From an uncultured Candidatus Saccharibacteria bacterium (GTDB lineage: Bacteria > Patescibacteriota > Saccharimonadia > Saccharimonadales > JALRHH01): a stretch of 34,794 nt of DNA. Positions 31,349 to 34,794 of the stretch are shown in pieces; position 1 is the stretch's first letter; each line of letters begins with the position of its first letter. The DNA lies in the NCBI GenBank assembly GCA_964638875.1, contig CAZXBL010000005.1, positions 1 through 34,794 on the forward strand. The letters are read 5' to 3'. The notes under the pieces are model-generated. The model saw only the letters and a list, made by a program, of their open reading frames with translations, did not search any database and was not told the origin of the DNA. The translations under genes and the position numbers were made by a program.

Positions 31349-32701
31349 ATGGCAGAAAGAATAAATTACTACCTGAAGCAAACGAGTCTATGGATTTTCT
31401 TTGGCTTGTTAGCATACATGCCATTTCATATCTTTTTGTCTACCTGGGTTGGCAGCTCGTTCGGTATTTTGGAGGAAGCCAAGGTCGCTAAGGACGTTCT
31501 TTTGGCGGCCGGTTTCTTGATAACACTGGGGCTGAGTGTTAGGCAAAAATGGTTCAGGGAACTCTTACGAAGCAAATTGGTATGGTTGATCATTGCCTAC
31601 GCTGCTCTGCATGTATATCTTGCGCTGATAAAACCAACGGATCAGGACGCAGAGATATTGGGGCTGGTCTATAACACTCGTTTTCTCCTCTACTTCTTGT
31701 ATGGCTTGCTGTTGACCCGGCTTTTTCCGAAGGTGAAGCTTCAGCGGAGGGCTGTACATATAGTGGTTGCCACGACCTTCTTAGTAACGCTGTTCGGTGT
31801 AGTTCAGTACACATTGCTGCCAGATAGCGCTATGGAACATGTTGGTTACTCAAAAGCTAACGGTGTCTTGCCCGCTTTCTTTATTGACCAGAAGCCCGAC
31901 CTTGAGCGGGTCATGTCGACAGTGCGGGATCCGAATTCACTTGGGTCATACCTTATTATTACCGTGAATGTGTTGCTGGCCGTGCTATTTGCGACCAAAC
32001 GGCTATCAACAAAGAAGGCTTTGATTGGGGCAGTGGCACTGACGGGTTTATGCCTTAGTCTGACCTTTTCACGAAGCGCTCTACTTGGCTTTGTGGTAGC
32101 AGTAGGCCTCTTCTTACTCATGAGCAATAATCCGGTTAAACGATGGCTTAAGCAGCATGTACGACTAGCTGCAGTGGGAGTGCTGCTACTACTGATTGTA
32201 ACCGCCGGAGTTTTCTACTCGGTCCGAAACACCTACTATGTCCAGAATGTCGTGTTCCACGCGGACCAAAGCACAGTTTTAGAGGACCCTAATCAACTGC
32301 GTATTCGCTTCTGGCAAGAGTCTGTGTGGGCGATTGTGTTAGAGCCTGCAGGTACTGGACCAGGGACGGCAGGGCTGGCATCAATCAAAAATGATAAACA
32401 GGGTACAGTTCTAAACGAAAACTACTACCTACAGGTTGCCAATGAGGTTGGAATTATTGGGCTGATGTTGTTCTTGCTCATTTTGATCGTTGTGGCGTAT
32501 GGTTTGTATCGGCGCAGGGCGTATTTAATGCCAGTAGCCTTACTCGCCAGCTTTGCTGGGCTAGCGGTGACTAATATGCTAGTTCACATCTGGTCAAACG
32601 AAGCTGTCGCTTACACCTGGTGGGGCTTGGCTGCTCTTATGTTCATTCGTAAGCCAAGTAAGTCCAATTTTAGGCTAAAGAAGCTAGCTAAATCATTGTA
32701 A
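31349..32701 (+). CDS. O-antigen ligase/polymerase-like (Wzy_C family) polytopic membrane protein
   Basis: It has more than 10 hydrophobic helices and the central block LTFSRSALLGFVVAVGLFLL typical of the family. It is adjacent to the GT4 gene and gmd. The alternative start is TTG 31340. Confidence 0.75.
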   Translation: MAERINYYLKQTSLWIFFGLLAYMPFHIFLSTWVGSSFGILEEAKVAKDVLLAAGFLITLGLSVRQKWFRELLRSKLVWLIIAYAALHVYLALIKPTDQDAEILGLVYNTRFLLYFLYGLLLTRLFPKVKLQRRAVHIVVATTFLVTLFGVVQYTLLPDSAMEHVGYSKANGVLPAFFIDQKPDLERVMSTVRDPNSLGSYLIITVNVLLAVLFATKRLSTKKALIGAVALTGLCLSLTFSRSALLGFVVAVGLFLLMSNNPVKRWLKQHVRLAAVGVLLLLIVTAGVFYSVRNTYYVQNVVFHADQSTVLEDPNQLRIRFWQESVWAIVLEPAGTGPGTAGLASIKNDKQGTVLNENYYLQVANEVGIIGLMLFLLILIVVAYGLYRRRAYLMPVALLASFAGLAVTNMLVHIWSNEAVAYTWWGLAALMFIRKPSKSNFRLKKLAKSL

Positions 32702-32780
32702 TTTAGTAGCTAGCAGTACAGGCTGCTAACAGATCTGGTATAGTAGAGAGACAAGAATTTAAAGGGGAATGTATTCAATA

Positions 32781-33827
32781 ATGGCAAAGACTGCATTTAT
32801 TACTGGTGTCGCTGGCCAAGACGGCGGGCACCTTGCAAAATTACTACATGAAAAGGGCTATAAAGTTTACGGAATGCTCCGTGGACAGTTAGAGGCAAGC
32901 CACCCACGATACTCTCAGATCAAGCAAGAAATGCCATATGTAAATATTGTCATGGCTGACCTGTTAGATCTCTCGGCACTTACCCGTGCTATGCAAGATA
33001 TTAAGCCTGATGAGGTCTATAACCTTGCTGCAGTCAGCCACGTTGGTTATTCGTTCCGTGACCCTGTTCTAACTGCTGATGTTACCGGCAAGGGTGTGCT
33101 TAACATGCTCGAGGCAATCCGGTTAGCAGGCCTAGAGAAGACTACCCGTTTCTACCAAGCGTCTACATCTGAAATGTTCGGTGGCCTGGACTACAATCGT
33201 CCAGATGAAGGTTATACAGAGGAGGCACGGTTCCATCCCCGCAGCCCTTACGGCGTTGCGAAGTTGTACGGTCACTGGATTACCAAGAACTACCGTGAAA
33301 GTTACGGTATGTATGCCACCAGCGGGATACTGTTTAACCACGAAGGCGAACGCCGCGGTCCAGAGTTCGTGACACGAAAGATTAGTAAAGCAGTTGCACG
33401 TATTAAACTTGGCAGGCAAGAACATATAGAGCTTGGTAACCTAGATTCAAAGCGTGACTGGGGCTATGCAGGAGATTACGTAGAGGGTATGTGGCGCATG
33501 CTTCAGCAAGACGAACCTAGCGACTTTGTGCTAGCAACGGGTGAGACCCACACAATTCGGGAATTCGTTGAATTATCATTCAAAGAAACCGGCGTTGAAA
33601 TTGAATGGCAAGGCAGCGACGTTGACGAAGTTGGCGTAGACAAAGCAAGCGGCAAGACCTTAGTTAAGATCAACCCTGAATTTTTCCGCCCCGCTGAGGT
33701 TGATATCCTGTTGGGCGACCCGACGAAAGCAGAGACAGTTCTCGGTTGGAAGCGCCAAGTTGATTTCCCGGGGCTTGTTAAGCTCATGGTCGAACATGAT
33801 CTTACATCCGAAGCCACCAGTAATTAG
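32781..33827 (+). CDS. gmd: GDP-mannose 4,6-dehydratase
   Basis: Matching blocks are AFITGVAGQDGGHLAKLL (GxxGxxG), QASTSEMFG, SPYGVAKLY (YxxxK), ILFNHEGERRGPEFVTRKI and NLDSKRDWGYAGDYVEGMW. The ATG at 32781 (MAKTAF) is preferred over 32769. Confidence 0.92.
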   Translation: MAKTAFITGVAGQDGGHLAKLLHEKGYKVYGMLRGQLEASHPRYSQIKQEMPYVNIVMADLLDLSALTRAMQDIKPDEVYNLAAVSHVGYSFRDPVLTADVTGKGVLNMLEAIRLAGLEKTTRFYQASTSEMFGGLDYNRPDEGYTEEARFHPRSPYGVAKLYGHWITKNYRESYGMYATSGILFNHEGERRGPEFVTRKISKAVARIKLGRQEHIELGNLDSKRDWGYAGDYVEGMWRMLQQDEPSDFVLATGETHTIREFVELSFKETGVEIEWQGSDVDEVGVDKASGKTLVKINPEFFRPAEVDILLGDPTKAETVLGWKRQVDFPGLVKLMVEHDLTSEATSN

Positions 33828-33862
33828 TTTCTTATACCACTGGCTCTACCACCGGTAGATGG

Positions 33863-34794
33863 CTATCTCACCTCAATAGGGATATACAAGCCTAGGTCAT
33901 TGAGCCATGTTATACCCTCAGCGACAGGTAGAAGATATTCAGAATAAACGCCTTTTTGACTAGGTGCGGTGTAGTAATTCCCGAAATGAGCGGTACCGTT
34001 AGGTGCGACGCTACTTTCTAACAGTTTTGCAGGACGATTTGGTGACCACCAAGCTGGATCCTGGAAGCTACTTAGCCGGTCGTGGGGTCGTGTTGTTCCG
34101 AGTATTACTGGGTTAGCTCCATCACGTTGCCATGTAGACGCACCATTATTTACGGCAGTAACTATAAAGTAGAAGCGCTGCCCCGGTAATAGATTATTCG
34201 TATTAACGGGCGTGGTCATGGATGCATCGGTATATGTTTGCTGGTTCACGAAACCCCAGTTAAAGTTTTTGCGTACGTTTGCGGAAATATGAAAACCAAG
34301 ATCATTAAGCCAGGTAAAGTTTTCTGCTACTGGCTGGAAGTATTCTTTGTGTGTGCCACTGAATGCTGGGGCGGTGAAAGTCCCTTCAAATTCCGCTACT
34401 TGACCTGGTGAAACCGAGGCCTGCTTTAATGACCCAGATCTGCTTAGGGCAGGCCAACTATTATGATAAAAACTGCTCGGCCGATCTCTTGGCCCTGTGG
34501 TGCCAAGCTTAAGAGGATACAGACTATTGTTATACCAAGTTGTGTTACCACCATTCTTGGCAGTTAAAACAACATAAAATGTCTGGTTGGGTAGAAGATT
34601 TTGGATGTCTAAGGATGTATTTCGCGTGCTGTCTGTATAGTAGTCCTGTTTTATGTATTCCCAAGCATAGTGTGTATTTGCAGAGAACTGGAAATAGACA
34701 CCGATTGAGGGCATCCATGTCAGCCCTTCAATAACAGGCGTAAAGTATTCTTTTAAATGTCCGTTTGCTGGTATAACGACAGGAAATTCAAATC
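33863..34794 (-). CDS. Protein made of tandem ~140-aa Ig-like repeats (NBR1-type Ig-like domain suspected), 5'-truncated by the window edge
   Basis: There are two full repeats. They share NLLPGQ/NQ.FY.V.TA.N.G..TW, LGTT.P.DR.SSF, V.P...A.F...(F/Y)TAP, EY..PVAE..TWLNDLG and the V(R) unit end. The frame stays open past M at 34714 to nt 34794 (...HLKEYFTPVIEGLTWMPSIG) and begins a third repeat. Confidence 0.7.
   Translation of the reverse strand, partial: FEFPVVIPANGHLKEYFTPVIEGLTWMPSIGVYFQFSANTHYAWEYIKQDYYTDSTRNTSLDIQNLLPNQTFYVVLTAKNGGNTTWYNNSLYPLKLGTTGPRDRPSSFYHNSWPALSRSGSLKQASVSPGQVAEFEGTFTAPAFSGTHKEYFQPVAENFTWLNDLGFHISANVRKNFNWGFVNQQTYTDASMTTPVNTNNLLPGQRFYFIVTAVNNGASTWQRDGANPVILGTTRPHDRLSSFQDPAWWSPNRPAKLLESSVAPNGTAHFGNYYTAPSQKGVYSEYLLPVAEGITWLNDLGLYIPIEVR

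Noticed and set aside
33828-33862. Possible bidirectional terminator (CTACCACCGGTAG) between the convergent gmd and the repeat-protein gene. The same applies to hairpin TAGCAG/CTGCTA at 32711-32728.
   Set aside because: The stems are only 5-6 bp, imperfect or lacking a T-tract. This is too weak to call.
1-34794. Search by eye for tRNA, rRNA, CRISPR repeats, IS elements or transposase genes and toxin-antitoxin pairs.
   Set aside because: No long non-coding stretch has tRNA-like T-loop or acceptor features. No regularly spaced direct repeats, DDE or serine/tyrosine recombinase motifs were seen. A covariance-model scan would still be needed to exclude small RNAs.

Overview
The window looks like the chromosomal replication-origin neighbourhood of a small-genome, Gram-positive-like bacterium. 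Gene content suggests Patescibacteria/Saccharibacteria (CPR), but that is inference, not a database result. The housekeeping core spans about 15.5-21.9 kb. It reads recF-dnaN-dnaA on the minus strand and rpmH-rnpA-yidC-jag on the plus strand, with clusters of DnaA-box-like 9-mers on both sides of dnaA. Accessory, envelope-directed genes flank this core on both sides.

(1) nt 1-15525 holds eleven co-directional genes. Four junctions are TAATG stop/start overlaps. The genes encode a Gram-positive-type type IV secretion-like core: a VirB6/TrbL-like membrane protein, a PrgI/VirB3-like protein and a VirB4 ATPase split into two ORFs. Two very large multi-hydrolase proteins follow. One is TM + EEP nuclease/phosphatase + M23 peptidase. 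The other is GH43 + phage-tail-type lysozyme + M23-like peptidase. Two membrane-anchored proteins of unknown function end the block. No coupling ATPase, relaxase or integrase is present in the window.

(2) nt 21.9-25.9 kb holds a PaaX-like regulator flanked by two copies of a GxCCGATCGGTC palindrome. It is followed by a small anchored protein and a 926-aa surface protein with the architecture cutinase-vWA-PKD-FN3-like-TM anchor.

(3) nt 25.9-28.8 kb holds four tandem paralogous type IV pilin-like genes.

(4) nt 28.8-34.8 kb holds a surface-glycan module: a GT4 glycosyltransferase, an O-antigen-ligase-like protein and gmd. These are interleaved with secreted Ig-like repeat proteins.

I could not recognise any rRNA, tRNA, CRISPR array, transposase or integrase. 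The most interesting candidate system is the relaxase-less T4SS-like operon with its hydrolase cargo. Together with the cutinase protein it forms an enzyme set that could dismantle an actinobacterial, possibly mycolata-type, host envelope. All family calls come from motifs read by eye in the supplied translations. No searches were run.
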